Origin: a virus
Taxonomy: Duplodnaviria > Caudoviricetes
Reading direction: 5' to 3' (one strand)
Virus record (IMG/VR): IMGVR_UViG_3300030330_005615
Location: 1-44,585 of that record
Length of the DNA stretch: 44,585 nucleotides
A program made the position numbers and the translations under genes. How positions within the stretch are numbered: position 1 is the stretch's first letter; each line of letters starts with the position of its first letter. The notes beneath the pieces were generated by a model. The model ran no database searches. It was not told the DNA's origin and saw only the letters and a program-made list of their open reading frames with translations. This document shows, piece after piece, positions 8,725 to 18,600 of the stretch.

Positions 8725-10125
8725 TTACGCCTTAGGAAAGATGAGCATGAAAGGTGCCTGTGCGAGCCGCTTCTCCGCGTCTGTCAGGCCAGTGACATCA
8801 CAGAGGGCTTGGCCTTCGACCGCTCGAAGATTGGTAGTCTGCTGAATTCGCGACTGGTCTCCAGCCGTTGTACTGCTTGAGCCGTCATCCCTCGAAGCGT
8901 TCAAGATTGCGAAACAGCACCCCTCCCCGCTACCGCTCGGCCCGTAGCCCAGGAATAGGGCTCTGCGCTCATCCTTAACCAACATCTGCTGGAAGGTGGT
9001 GTTCTTTTCCGTGACGATTGAGACCTGACAGGTACTGTTATGTATCTCGTGGGTTAGCCCCCTCAGAATTGACCTAGTCTCCGGCGTTCCTTCACCCGTA
9101 TCCACACTCACTGTGACTGTGTGGTTGTAATTTGGGAGATAAGAGCGAGCACCGGACACTGGAGCCGAGCTGGACTTGTGGTTGATGCCCATATCTAAGC
9201 GACACCCGGCGCGGTGAGTCATCGGGAACCCTGGGCTCTCTGGCGCTGCCACGACGCCCGCCTTTCCAGCAAGTTCGTCCTCGCTCACAACTGCCATCGG
9301 CCGCATCGTGGTTGCAATCTGCGCAATACCGCCGTCCTCGGAAATCGTAAATCCAGTGAGCCGACAACCCGTTGCTAGCGTCTGCACGCCTGCAGACGTA
9401 CCAGGAGCGCCCATCGCAAAACGAACATGTAGATCTTTTTGAGCTGCATTCGAGCGACCGATAACTGGATAGTATGCGAAGCAAAAGTTGATCGATGCGT
9501 TTTGGGTCTGCTGAAAACTGAATGAGGGGTACACCTTACATGTGGCGTCCGTGCCGTCATCTTGGATCTTCGTAATGATTGCGTATTCATCCACGAACGA
9601 AGACGTCGCCTTGACTCGCACGGGTGACCCAACCTGGATACCGGCTGCCGTCTTGTCTGCTGAGCTGATTTTGAAGTCAGACCCATCCGCGCTGCCATCC
9701 TCAGAACATAAAGCAGTCGCGACACTTGGAGAAAACAGGCCGAGACCCGAGCCGAGAATCTTTCCCCATGCTTGAGTTGTAGGCGCTGCGCCCTGTGCAC
9801 CCCTTAGTCTATGGGTCAACTCGATAGAATCTGGGTAGCCAACCCGCAGGAAATCTCCATCCGCCACACCAAACCGGGTGGCCCCGCTCGTATTGCGGAC
9901 TGATACCGGAGCGAGCGCCTGTTGGCCAGGGGTGGAGCGGCTACCCTCTTGAGTATGGCTCCCCTCCTCAAACGCGAAACTATCAACGCTGCCCTCTGTG
10001 GTAGCCATACCGACAAAGGTAACGCCGGCCCCGTCGGGGTCTGGCATCAAGTGGCTATCAACGTCACCGCCCTCCGCGTTGGCTTCTGCGACAGATACCG
10101 AGAAAATATTGCTGGACTTACTCAT
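8725..10125 (-). CDS. Putative major tail (tube) protein
   Basis: 466 aa, Gly/Ser/Thr-rich; sits upstream of chaperone and tape measure genes; GGAGG RBS. Confidence 0.65.
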   Translation of the reverse strand: MSKSSNIFSVSVAEANAEGGDVDSHLMPDPDGAGVTFVGMATTEGSVDSFAFEEGSHTQEGSRSTPGQQALAPVSVRNTSGATRFGVADGDFLRVGYPDSIELTHRLRGAQGAAPTTQAWGKILGSGLGLFSPSVATALCSEDGSADGSDFKISSADKTAAGIQVGSPVRVKATSSFVDEYAIITKIQDDGTDATCKVYPSFSFQQTQNASINFCFAYYPVIGRSNAAQKDLHVRFAMGAPGTSAGVQTLATGCRLTGFTISEDGGIAQIATTMRPMAVVSEDELAGKAGVVAAPESPGFPMTHRAGCRLDMGINHKSSSAPVSGARSYLPNYNHTVTVSVDTGEGTPETRSILRGLTHEIHNSTCQVSIVTEKNTTFQQMLVKDERRALFLGYGPSGSGEGCCFAILNASRDDGSSSTTAGDQSRIQQTTNLRAVEGQALCDVTGLTDAEKRLAQAPFMLIFPKA

Positions 10126-10140
10126 GGGTAGATGACCTCC

Positions 10141-10638
10141 TTATATGTCAATACTGGCGGTCACTTGCACCGCTCCGATATACCCGGTGTGTGTATTGTC
10201 TGCCTCATCCGATAAGGTGAAGCGGGTGATATTGCCCGGCGTAGCCTGAAGCGTTGCCAGACCAGAAACGGTGTACCATTGCGAACGCTCGATCGCGTCT
10301 ATGATGGCTGTGATGTCTTCGGTGATTTCCCTGAGGATTGTTCTCGACTCAGAGTTGTTTGGCGCGTCGTATCGAACACGCACCGGGAAGGCTAGCGAGT
10401 AAGCCGTGGTCACCGGGCCGCCCATCCTAAGAGGCGCTATTGATACAGCTTCAAGAGCCAGCTCAAAAACCCGAGATTGTCCTAGATACTCTTCAAGCTC
10501 TCCTCGTACACCGCCCCCCGCATCAACGTCGGTAAACCTGTTGCCGTTGAGCCTTGGATAGGCTGTCAATGTGCCCGTTGAAGGGGCCTGGATTGTCTTG
10601 GAGACGTGCGAAAACAACCGATCGAATGCATCGCTCAT
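10141..10638 (-). CDS. Putative tail terminator/completion protein
   Basis: 165 aa directly upstream of the tube gene; positional call. Confidence 0.5.
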   Translation of the reverse strand: MSDAFDRLFSHVSKTIQAPSTGTLTAYPRLNGNRFTDVDAGGGVRGELEEYLGQSRVFELALEAVSIAPLRMGGPVTTAYSLAFPVRVRYDAPNNSESRTILREITEDITAIIDAIERSQWYTVSGLATLQATPGNITRFTLSDEADNTHTGYIGAVQVTASIDI

Positions 10639-11162
10639 CGTGCGCCCTTAATCATATCGAGCGCCCTTTTAATAAAGCTTTTACGATCTTTCGGTGATAG
10701 CCCTAGCCACGGCCTCAACGCATGGGTACCGTGCGCCCTCATAGCCGCATCACCAAAAACCCCAACTAGGACGGTGAACCGCGTCGCACGCGCAAAACGA
10801 AACGACTGCCTCATCCTGTCGCTATACTGTAGATCAACTTTGTTCAAGTTTCGTCCGGCTTTTGGTTTTGTCGTGCCGTATTGCTTTGGTGGTTTTCGGT
10901 TGCCCGCTCGCACTTCTCCCCAGTGTTTAGAGTAGGCCCCTTTACCCTGTTTTCCTGTGAGCTGCTCATAGGTGGGGTGAGGTTTGTCGTTAAGCCCCAA
11001 ACACTTGTCAAATGCACGTGTATCAATGAGTACCACCGCCTCTTGTGCGAGGTCTCTCATATCACGAACAGACCAACTCGAAAGAGCTGGATTCTTGAGC
11101 GTTTTCCGCTTAATTCTGCTGGTTACTCTCACTAGTGATTCCAAGGTGGCATGCCCGCCCAT
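10635..11162 (-). CDS. Putative virion morphogenesis/tail completion protein (Mu gpG-like)
   Basis: Basic protein with DLQYSDRMRQS and C-terminal RPWLGLS; start uncertain (ORF track extends to 11267). Confidence 0.6.
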   Translation of the reverse strand: MGGHATLESLVRVTSRIKRKTLKNPALSSWSVRDMRDLAQEAVVLIDTRAFDKCLGLNDKPHPTYEQLTGKQGKGAYSKHWGEVRAGNRKPPKQYGTTKPKAGRNLNKVDLQYSDRMRQSFRFARATRFTVLVGVFGDAAMRAHGTHALRPWLGLSPKDRKSFIKRALDMIKGAR

Positions 11163-11163
11163 T

Positions 11164-11203
11164 ATTATCTCTGATTGATCGAATTTGATCAAGGTCGTAT
11201 AAT
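11164..11203. promoter_or_regulatory. Overlapping divergent promoters built on the paired-GATC palindrome (11175-11192)
   Basis: Plus: TTGATC(11175-80)-17-TATAAT(11198-203). Minus: TTGATC(11192-87)-17-GATAAT(11169-64). Confidence 0.75.
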
Positions 11204-11229
11204 TAGACCGATCAGAGATTGGATACTCA

Positions 11230-12261
11230 ATGCCATATTCGACCACCGGAGCACCTGTACTCCCCACGGAGTGTGGCGCAGGGGAAACGCCAACCCATGA
11301 ATGGTTTCAGGATTTAGCCGCGACGCTAAACACTGCGCACGTACACAACACGTGTCACCCAATAAACCAGGGGTGGCCTGACGGCGGGCTACATTCCGAT
11401 GGCTCCCCCGCTAGTGGGGAGGTGTGCGCCTGGCGGATACCCGTTCTAGGCTCTGCTTTTACAACTATCGACTTTGAGGTCGAGGGCCAGGCCGCCGCTG
11501 GTGCTGGTGGTGGTGTGCTGATTGAGTGCGGCGCAAGCTCAGTGCAGTTAGTTTTTTCTGGTGGAAGAGAACGGAAAACAGGCAGCATCACAGTTCCCGC
11601 GATCGGGGCATACCATGACGTGGTGATGTTCACATTTGTCGCAAGCGGTGGTGCTGTGAAAATATTTGGCGTTTCCTCTGCATACCGTCAGGTGAGCAAC
11701 CTGGACGGTAGTCGCGATGCTCGGCCCAACTCATCTAGTGTTTTCCCGTTGCCGTCAGAATCTTTCTTTGCTGGGCAGTCGTTAAGTTCTTACTTTGCAC
11801 ACGCTTTTAGATCGTCGATCGATGCTATGACCGGGCGACCTCGTAGCCTTATCACATGGTCTGGGGTTCCGTCTTTTGCCCAACACGGCTGGCCAAGACG
11901 TCATCTAGCTGTCGAGGGGTGCAATCGTGGCTGGATTGTGCGTAATCCACTCGGCCAGGCCAATACAGATGGTAAGTACTACCAGGTACATCTAAGAGCC
12001 CACGCACCGACAACGGCCACCGATGTATGGATACAACTGGTCGACGCTGAAGACGCACACGATTCACTCTTTTTAAAAAACTATCGCGTGCACATTCCGG
12101 TTTCGGCTTCTCCTGCCTGGCATAACGTGACTATTGAGCTGCCTGAGACCGGGCGAATCCCATCTAAGGCATCGCCTCAATCAGTCCACTCGTTCACGAG
12201 TGTATCGCTACATCACGCGAGTACCGTTGAAGTTCTTTCTTTTAGTTTGTGGGGTGAATGA
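11230..12261 (+). CDS. Hypothetical protein, possible minor virion/tail-tip protein
   Basis: 343 aa, beta-rich; first gene of the plus-strand block. Confidence 0.55.
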   Translation: MPYSTTGAPVLPTECGAGETPTHEWFQDLAATLNTAHVHNTCHPINQGWPDGGLHSDGSPASGEVCAWRIPVLGSAFTTIDFEVEGQAAAGAGGGVLIECGASSVQLVFSGGRERKTGSITVPAIGAYHDVVMFTFVASGGAVKIFGVSSAYRQVSNLDGSRDARPNSSSVFPLPSESFFAGQSLSSYFAHAFRSSIDAMTGRPRSLITWSGVPSFAQHGWPRRHLAVEGCNRGWIVRNPLGQANTDGKYYQVHLRAHAPTTATDVWIQLVDAEDAHDSLFLKNYRVHIPVSASPAWHNVTIELPETGRIPSKASPQSVHSFTSVSLHHASTVEVLSFSLWGE

Positions 12262-12518
12262 TGGCTGACGTCTTGCGGATACCTACTGGGCAAATCATGG
12301 GCATTATCGCCGCTATTGCTACCGTTGGCATGTACTCAGCAAGAGTCGACAGCAAGGTCACCGAAAACGCTGCCCGAGTAGTCGAGCTTAAAGCGGACCT
12401 TCAAGCGATACAACGCGACGTCGTCAAGCATGGCGAGGTACTCGCGACGCTAAAAGCTGACAGCAAGCATATCCTTAGAGCCCTTGAGATAATCAAAAAA
12501 ACGGAGCGTAGGAAATGA
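12258..12518 (+). CDS. Membrane-anchored coiled-coil protein (holin/antiholin-like)
   Basis: N-terminal TM segment IMGIIAAIATVGMY then heptad-like helix; ATGA overlap. Confidence 0.55.
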   Translation: MMADVLRIPTGQIMGIIAAIATVGMYSARVDSKVTENAARVVELKADLQAIQRDVVKHGEVLATLKADSKHILRALEIIKKTERRK

Positions 12519-12748
12519 CACACGAGCTTATTGTGGGCGCAATCGCCGCCGTATTAGCCGCCTCGGTTTTGGTTGCCTCGACTGATACGGGCGACCGTGT
12601 AAGGCAGAGCCCGTCCTCATGTGCCGAGACGCTAGTGGGTGAGCTTATGTCACAGCAACAAACGCTAAAGACTCTGAGCGGTCGCACCCGCCGCGCTCGC
12701 GATATAGCCGAGGGCATTATCAAAGAAAGGGCACAACGTGGACGATGA
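12515..12748 (+). CDS. Small membrane protein
   Basis: N-terminal hydrophobic helix; ATGA coupling. Confidence 0.55.
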   Translation: MTHELIVGAIAAVLAASVLVASTDTGDRVRQSPSSCAETLVGELMSQQQTLKTLSGRTRRARDIAEGIIKERAQRGR

Positions 12749-13007
12749 GCTTTTACGGATTGGCGCTTTGAGTGCCGTCGCCGTCTGGGGAGTCATGCAG
12801 GCCATCAAACCGTACATTAAGCGGTACGCCGCTGACGGTATCGCACGGACTGCGGTGCGCTTAGCTTGTCTGGCTGTGGGTTGCGTCTGGGGTTACCTTT
12901 TGAAGTCTGACGGCTACGGTATAGCCGCTGGCTGTGCCGGCGCTGCCCTCAGCGCTGTTATCGTCGCTGCTATCAAGAGTCGAATCGATGCAAGACGGAT
13001 TGGTTGA
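12738..13007 (+). CDS. Putative holin
   Basis: 89 aa with about three hydrophobic helices and a basic C-terminus. Confidence 0.6.
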   Translation: MDDELLRIGALSAVAVWGVMQAIKPYIKRYAADGIARTAVRLACLAVGCVWGYLLKSDGYGIAAGCAGAALSAVIVAAIKSRIDARRIG

Positions 13008-13266
13008 AGTACTACTTTTTATCGTGGGCCTAGTCGCTGGCTGGGTTCTCACGACACGATCAAAGCCTAGTGCTGACACTGCTGAAAAAGTGCACACCAA
13101 AACGGTCAAAGCCGAAACCAAGCGACTCAAAGCAAAGACGGCTCTCGCTGAAGCTAAGCATAAGCAGACGATCAAACTGATTAAAAAAAAACAAAACAAG
13201 CTCAATCGAATGACCGCCCGTGACTTAGCCTCAAAAGTGAGAGAGTTGTTTGGAGGTGATGAGTGA
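12988..13266 (+). CDS. Membrane-anchored basic coiled-coil protein (i-spanin-like)
   Basis: TM segment VLLFIVGLVAGWVL then a Lys-rich helix; start uncertain. Confidence 0.5.
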   Translation: MQDGLVEVLLFIVGLVAGWVLTTRSKPSADTAEKVHTKTVKAETKRLKAKTALAEAKHKQTIKLIKKKQNKLNRMTARDLASKVRELFGGDE

Positions 13267-13631
13267 TACACGTTTTCCTGCCTCTTGTTTTTCTTTTCTC
13301 GCCACCTGCTCCCGTCCAGAAATGTGTCGGCGCTGAGCCTGTAGAGCCTGGTCATATTGTCTCGTGCCGGGGCATCTTGTGGGGTATCGCTTCCACGCGC
13401 CGCGCTGTCGAGTGCAAAGAGGTGGTAATTCCAAAACTCAACGCCCTGTTGACTCGCTGCGAAACAACAAACAACGCGACGATTGACTACCTAGAGCGTA
13501 GAGCGCTCAGCGCTGAAAACACGCTCAAGTTAATCCCAAGACCAATGTCAAAGGTATCAACTATCATGATTGGACTATCTATTTTGTCAGTCGGTTTTCT
13601 CGCTGGGTTCACCGTGGGCCTCATCAAGTGA
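13263..13631 (+). CDS. Exported/membrane protein (spanin-like)
   Basis: Signal-like N-terminus, four Cys, coiled coil, C-terminal TM helix; GGAGG RBS. Confidence 0.5.
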   Translation: MIHVFLPLVFLFSPPAPVQKCVGAEPVEPGHIVSCRGILWGIASTRRAVECKEVVIPKLNALLTRCETTNNATIDYLERRALSAENTLKLIPRPMSKVSTIMIGLSILSVGFLAGFTVGLIK

Positions 13632-14971
13632 GCGTTAAGCCCTCCGATCTAGCCGTCTATGAGGCCTACAAGCGCCTCGATAGTGTTCGCGCTGCAGCAA
13701 AAGCGCTTGGACTTTCCCGCATGACAGCCTGGAGAGCTATCCAACGGGTGAAGGTCGCGAAAAATGAAAGGGCTCTGATTTTGCCTAACTCTACCCCTGA
13801 CGCGATCGAGCTAGATGATGAAATAATTGGCGATACTCGCAAGATCACATCGAAAAACATTAAGACCCTAGACGATCTTCTAAGCGCTGCCAATGTCGGC
13901 GACGATTGGATTGTAACTCGATTTAAGGCGAACACCTGGCAAGCGCTAGCAAAAGATAGCGAAGTGATACAGCTTCACCAAGTCACTGCCCACTTAGAGC
14001 GGGCCAATGATTTTTGGCTGACTCCGATCACGGTAGAGGAGCCCATTCGACGTAAGCCATGGGCGACTGGCCAGCCTGACGGACTGGCGTTGATAGTGCC
14101 TGACACTCAGCACGGTTTTCGAGTTGTGGAAGACTTAACAGCGCCGGGTATGCGCCGATGGGTACCCATGCACGATCGAAAGGCGATCGACTGTGTTCTA
14201 AAGATCTGCGAAATGCTGAAGAATCGAATCACTCACGTTGTGTTTTTGGGCGACCATCTTGATCTTGCTCCATGGTCGACACGATGGCCATCTACACCCG
14301 ACACAAAGCAGACAACGAACGCCGCGATGCGTGAACTATACGCGGGCCTACTGCGCCCGATACGGGAAATGTGCCCGAGTGCTGAATGCGTCTACATGAT
14401 TGGAAACCATGAAGCCAGAATCGCTGACTTTTTAGCAGCCAAGGCGCCCGAGGCATCCACCCTGCGCACGGCTGATAGTCTTGAGGAAGAGCCAGTCTTG
14501 AGCCTAAAGCGTCTACTGGCTTTAGATAGTCTCGACATTGAACTGATAGAGCCATACGGGAAGCCTTACTGGCTATTCGACTCGATTAAAGTGATTCACG
14601 GCTCGAAAGCTAAAAATCAAGGTGGCGCTACCGCTGCCGAGTATCTACGCTCAGCGACCTCAAGCGTCATCTATGGGCATATCCATCGTTTGGAGATGGC
14701 CCAAAAGCTCCTCGAAACGCCTGACGGCCCCAATCTCATCACGGCGGCGTCTCCTGGCTGCCTGACTAGTCTCAACCAAGGGATTGTTCCTGCTAGAGCT
14801 GGCAGCGCTCCCGACTGGCAGACGGGTGTCGGGCTCGCATATGAGGTAGATGATGGGCATTCGATCACCATGATTCCGATCGTTGATGGTGTGGCTGTTG
14901 TGGAGGGTAACGTGATTCGAGGCGTAGACGATATTGACGCCATACGTGAAGCGACGGGTATCCCATTCTAG
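13628..14971 (+). CDS. Calcineurin-like metallophosphoesterase with N-terminal HTH
   Basis: DTQH, GDHLD, GNHE, IHG and GHIH motifs; N-terminal SVRAAAKALGLSRMTAWRAI. Confidence 0.85.
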   Translation: MSVKPSDLAVYEAYKRLDSVRAAAKALGLSRMTAWRAIQRVKVAKNERALILPNSTPDAIELDDEIIGDTRKITSKNIKTLDDLLSAANVGDDWIVTRFKANTWQALAKDSEVIQLHQVTAHLERANDFWLTPITVEEPIRRKPWATGQPDGLALIVPDTQHGFRVVEDLTAPGMRRWVPMHDRKAIDCVLKICEMLKNRITHVVFLGDHLDLAPWSTRWPSTPDTKQTTNAAMRELYAGLLRPIREMCPSAECVYMIGNHEARIADFLAAKAPEASTLRTADSLEEEPVLSLKRLLALDSLDIELIEPYGKPYWLFDSIKVIHGSKAKNQGGATAAEYLRSATSSVIYGHIHRLEMAQKLLETPDGPNLITAASPGCLTSLNQGIVPARAGSAPDWQTGVGLAYEVDDGHSITMIPIVDGVAVVEGNVIRGVDDIDAIREATGIPF

Positions 14972-15663
14972 GTCTTTGCAATTACTAGCTTTGGTTGTTC
15001 AAAAGCTAAGATTGACCATATACGCACGTTCTCAGTTGTGATGGTGATTCGAACGCCGTCACCAGGTGATAGAGTGTTCCCGTATTCTAGAGCTCTTGGA
15101 CCGGTCGCGACATTGGCTTGCGCCCCCGATTCGCTAATACAAAACACTGTGCGCAATGGATACACCTGATCCATATCATCACCGGGCAGCCCGTCTGGGT
15201 ACTCGCTCTCAGTCTTCCCGCCGCTTGTTAGAGATTGATTGCTTACATTGAGCAGCATTGCGTCGCCGTTGTCAGCTCGATCGATCGCTGCATTGTCTGA
15301 GATTCGATTCATCTTGATCCTAATCTCTGGCTCACTCGATCCGGCGTCATGGCATTGCAGCATCATGATTAAGCCAACCGAGCTAGCTAATGGATGAATC
15401 TGCGGAATTGTTAAATCGTATGTATAGCTAGTGCCATGCGGGTTCGTCTGTAGGTTTTCGACGCTTACCGTACTAGTGCTCGCAGTTGACGCCATTTTAT
15501 AAGAAAACGTCTTTTGGACGTGCGCGAAGCCCCGCCCGCCTGCCAGAGAATTAGCCGCCACCGCGAACTGTTGCAACGTCGTGCCCACGATTGGCAGCCC
15601 GTATTTGATGACTTTATCGGTGTCTATTGCTGGCCTCGATTGCGAGATAAATACGTCTGTCAT
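14968..15663 (-). CDS. Hypothetical protein, probable minor tail protein
   Basis: 231 aa; ATGA-coupled to the 1100-aa gene. Confidence 0.55.
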   Translation of the reverse strand: MTDVFISQSRPAIDTDKVIKYGLPIVGTTLQQFAVAANSLAGGRGFAHVQKTFSYKMASTASTSTVSVENLQTNPHGTSYTYDLTIPQIHPLASSVGLIMMLQCHDAGSSEPEIRIKMNRISDNAAIDRADNGDAMLLNVSNQSLTSGGKTESEYPDGLPGDDMDQVYPLRTVFCISESGAQANVATGPRALEYGNTLSPGDGVRITITTENVRIWSILAFEQPKLVIAKT

Positions 15664-18600
15664 GTGAGTTTGGCGCTCCCTATGAATCCGTAGTCGTCAT
15701 GAATCGTTGCTGCGTCCGCTTTAATGTCTGGCGTGATGTACGCCATCACAGCATGCCCGTCACTAGGCGCCGCCAATCCGGGGTTTGCCGATAGTGTGAT
15801 CGTGTTCGCTGCCAAGTCCACAGACGCCACAGAGTGAGACGTTCCCGCCCCTGGGTTATCGCCTACAAACAACCGGACGGTGTCACCCGCCGTAATACCC
15901 TCAAAGCCGCTTAGGTCCTCTTGCGCGGTCTCTGGCCTGTAGTCATTAGTGCGTACCGTCAGCACTGCTCCATTCGCCGCCGTGACTGCTAACGATGGTG
16001 CCCAGCCAGTACCAGCGAACCCGAAGTGAATGAACTCGACTTTCGCGATTGGCTCAAAGCCTTCACACTCGATCGATCGCAATCTGCAGATCGCATCAAT
16101 TACGCCTGGCCCCTTAGCGCCTCTGAGTTGACCGCTTGAGATCTTATAGACTCCGCCAACCTTCATTCGTGCAGCCAGCCCCGCTCGCACTCCGAATTTG
16201 TACAGCCTATAGGGAAACGCCATCTCAAGACGAAGCTTTGAAAAAATTGGCTGTAGCGCTGCCAGCACTGAGCCTGGATCTAGGTTAAGAGTTGCCCCTT
16301 GTAGGTCCACGTTGAGCTTGTCTGCCTCCCCGAATGCCTCAATTGATGCGGTGTCTTTAATTTCCTGCTCGAATTGGGGATCGCCCTGGTAATCAAAATT
16401 GGCTGCAAAGTTGAATATATTACGGATCGACGTTCGCGCCGGGGATGATGGAATGGGGCTGCCTGCTATGTCTGAATCATCAATTGCGGCGATGACATCC
16501 GACGCGCTTGGTACTCCAACCTTGACCGCTGCGAGCCTACACTTACCGCTGTCATCTACCCGCATATCGAGCACGTATCCGACCGACAGCAACACGCCCC
16601 GCATGATGTCTAAAATGGTGTCACCCGATCGAAACAAGGGACTAAAGTTAAGACCTACCGGCTCAGCTATCGCGAGGAATGAGGCAACGTCTACATCAGC
16701 GCCTAGTGGGTTCGTGGTTTTGTCTGTAAGGCCGGCGCCCAATGGTAGCAAGTCATATGTGGCGCTTGTTACGCCTCCACCGGAGGAGCTTGTCAAAAGC
16801 TGAAGCAACATGGAGCCGACCGATACGGTAGGCGCGAATCGAACGGCAGGCGAAAACAAGGGCCGCTCTGCTACCGGTCCGCCATAGTCGCGAATGACAA
16901 AATCATCATCGCTAAGAAACTTACCCTCTAATACCTCACACCGGTACCCCGTCTCGCCGTCAACCGTAACCGCCGTTGCTGGCCCTACAACGATCTGAAA
17001 TATTGGATCGCCATCGCCGCCCATCGATACGTCAAAAAGTACGCTACCACCAGCCGGCGCCCCTGGGTCTTTGTCGAATGTTATCCACTTCTCGAATTGC
17101 CAGAAGTCCACCGGAGCATCGGAAAACCGGCTGCCCGGATAGTACCAGGCTCTAGGGGTGCTGACGTTTACGCGCCTGCCTATGGACGCCCGACTTTGAG
17201 TGTTTGCGATCGTTGGCCGTCTGTCGTAAGCGACTTCAAGATCGATCTTTGCCGCGTCGCCCCCATCAAAGAAATCGAGAATTGATGCTGGTATCTGTGT
17301 GTTAGGGTGCGCCGTTTCGTTGGTCTGGCCTACGCTGTACGCATCCGCCGCATTCGATAAGTTTCGGAAGTTGTCGCCCCTTGCCGCCGTACCAGGCCAC
17401 CCAAAACCACCCTGGTTATTTTCTTGTAAAAAGCTTTGATAATGCCGCGCATCTCTCGCGATGGTCATCGTCGCTTTAGGCGGTAGAGGCAAGTTGATGT
17501 CCCTTGCTTCGAGTTGCGCTGCATTAGGGATTGAGTACTTATAGTTCGGCAAAAACGAAAACACCCGGCCTTGCTCAGAAAACAAGATCTGGAACAACCC
17601 GTTAAAAAGTTCGCTGCTGTCAAAGCCTTGAGTCGTCAACACGTCAGCTATACATTTTGGCCATGCGACTGAGGCAGCCACACCCGTGGCCCAATTAGCC
17701 CCGCTCGACTCCCCTATCTTTAAGAGTCGTAGCTCATTGTGCGTTTCATTAGCGATGACGTCTTGATTTGATCCAACAAAGTTATCACCTGAATTTTTAA
17801 AACTCCCGTCTACATCTCTTAGCAAGATATGGTCACCGTCACGATCGATGATAACACCGTTTTCAAGGCCACCGCCTCTGCGACCTGTAGACGACACAAA
17901 TCGTCGTGGGTGCTTATAGGGATAAAGCTCGACTGAGTCTGGGTTATCAGAGTAGGGCAACAGGCCGTCGAATACCTGTGCCACGCCTTGCCCCGGTGAT
18001 AATGGCGAGCTTGCGAGCGTGGTGTAAAATTCCCCGTTTATTTGCACAGGTCCTGCGGCCGGCTCATGTATCCCCACATAGAAATACTCTGACATCTTCA
18101 CCGACTCGAAAAACGCTATATGCTCCGCGTGTAAGCCGTCGAAAGAGTGTATCCTAGGGTGTAACCGTAGTTTTCCGCTTCGATGCGATAGAGGCCGGTC
18201 TAGTGCCGCTGTGAGCGGTGATATGTTAATGGTGACAGTCTCCAGGCCGCCGTCGGTGGAAAACTCTGGTTCACTCGCGACAAAACCACGGAACCTCTCT
18301 ATCCACTCTGAATCACTTGGCAGCTCGCCATTAACACCGAGCGACGCTTCATAGATAACCGCTCGACGCCCCCGAAAAAATACAGCAGGCTTTGTCACAA
18401 GTGGAAAGACACCATCGTCAGTAGACACAACGTGCCGAGCTTTGGTGGTGGCTAATCGCCCTCGACCACTAGCCGCGACCGTGAAAGTCTTTGCGGCAAC
18501 ATCAACCGCGCCAACCTCGATCGCCTCTTGCCCAATGTGTACGATGTCACCAGCCGCCAACCCTGCGACCGTAGTGCAATGCACTGTCGGCGTATTCGAC

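Noticed and set aside
11175-11192. FNR box
   Set aside because: The FNR consensus is TTGAT-N4-ATCAA; here the spacing is N8
12861-13355. 164-aa minus-strand ORF and similar antisense ORFs in the track
   Set aside because: They overlap tightly coupled genes on the opposite strand and show no protein-like motifs
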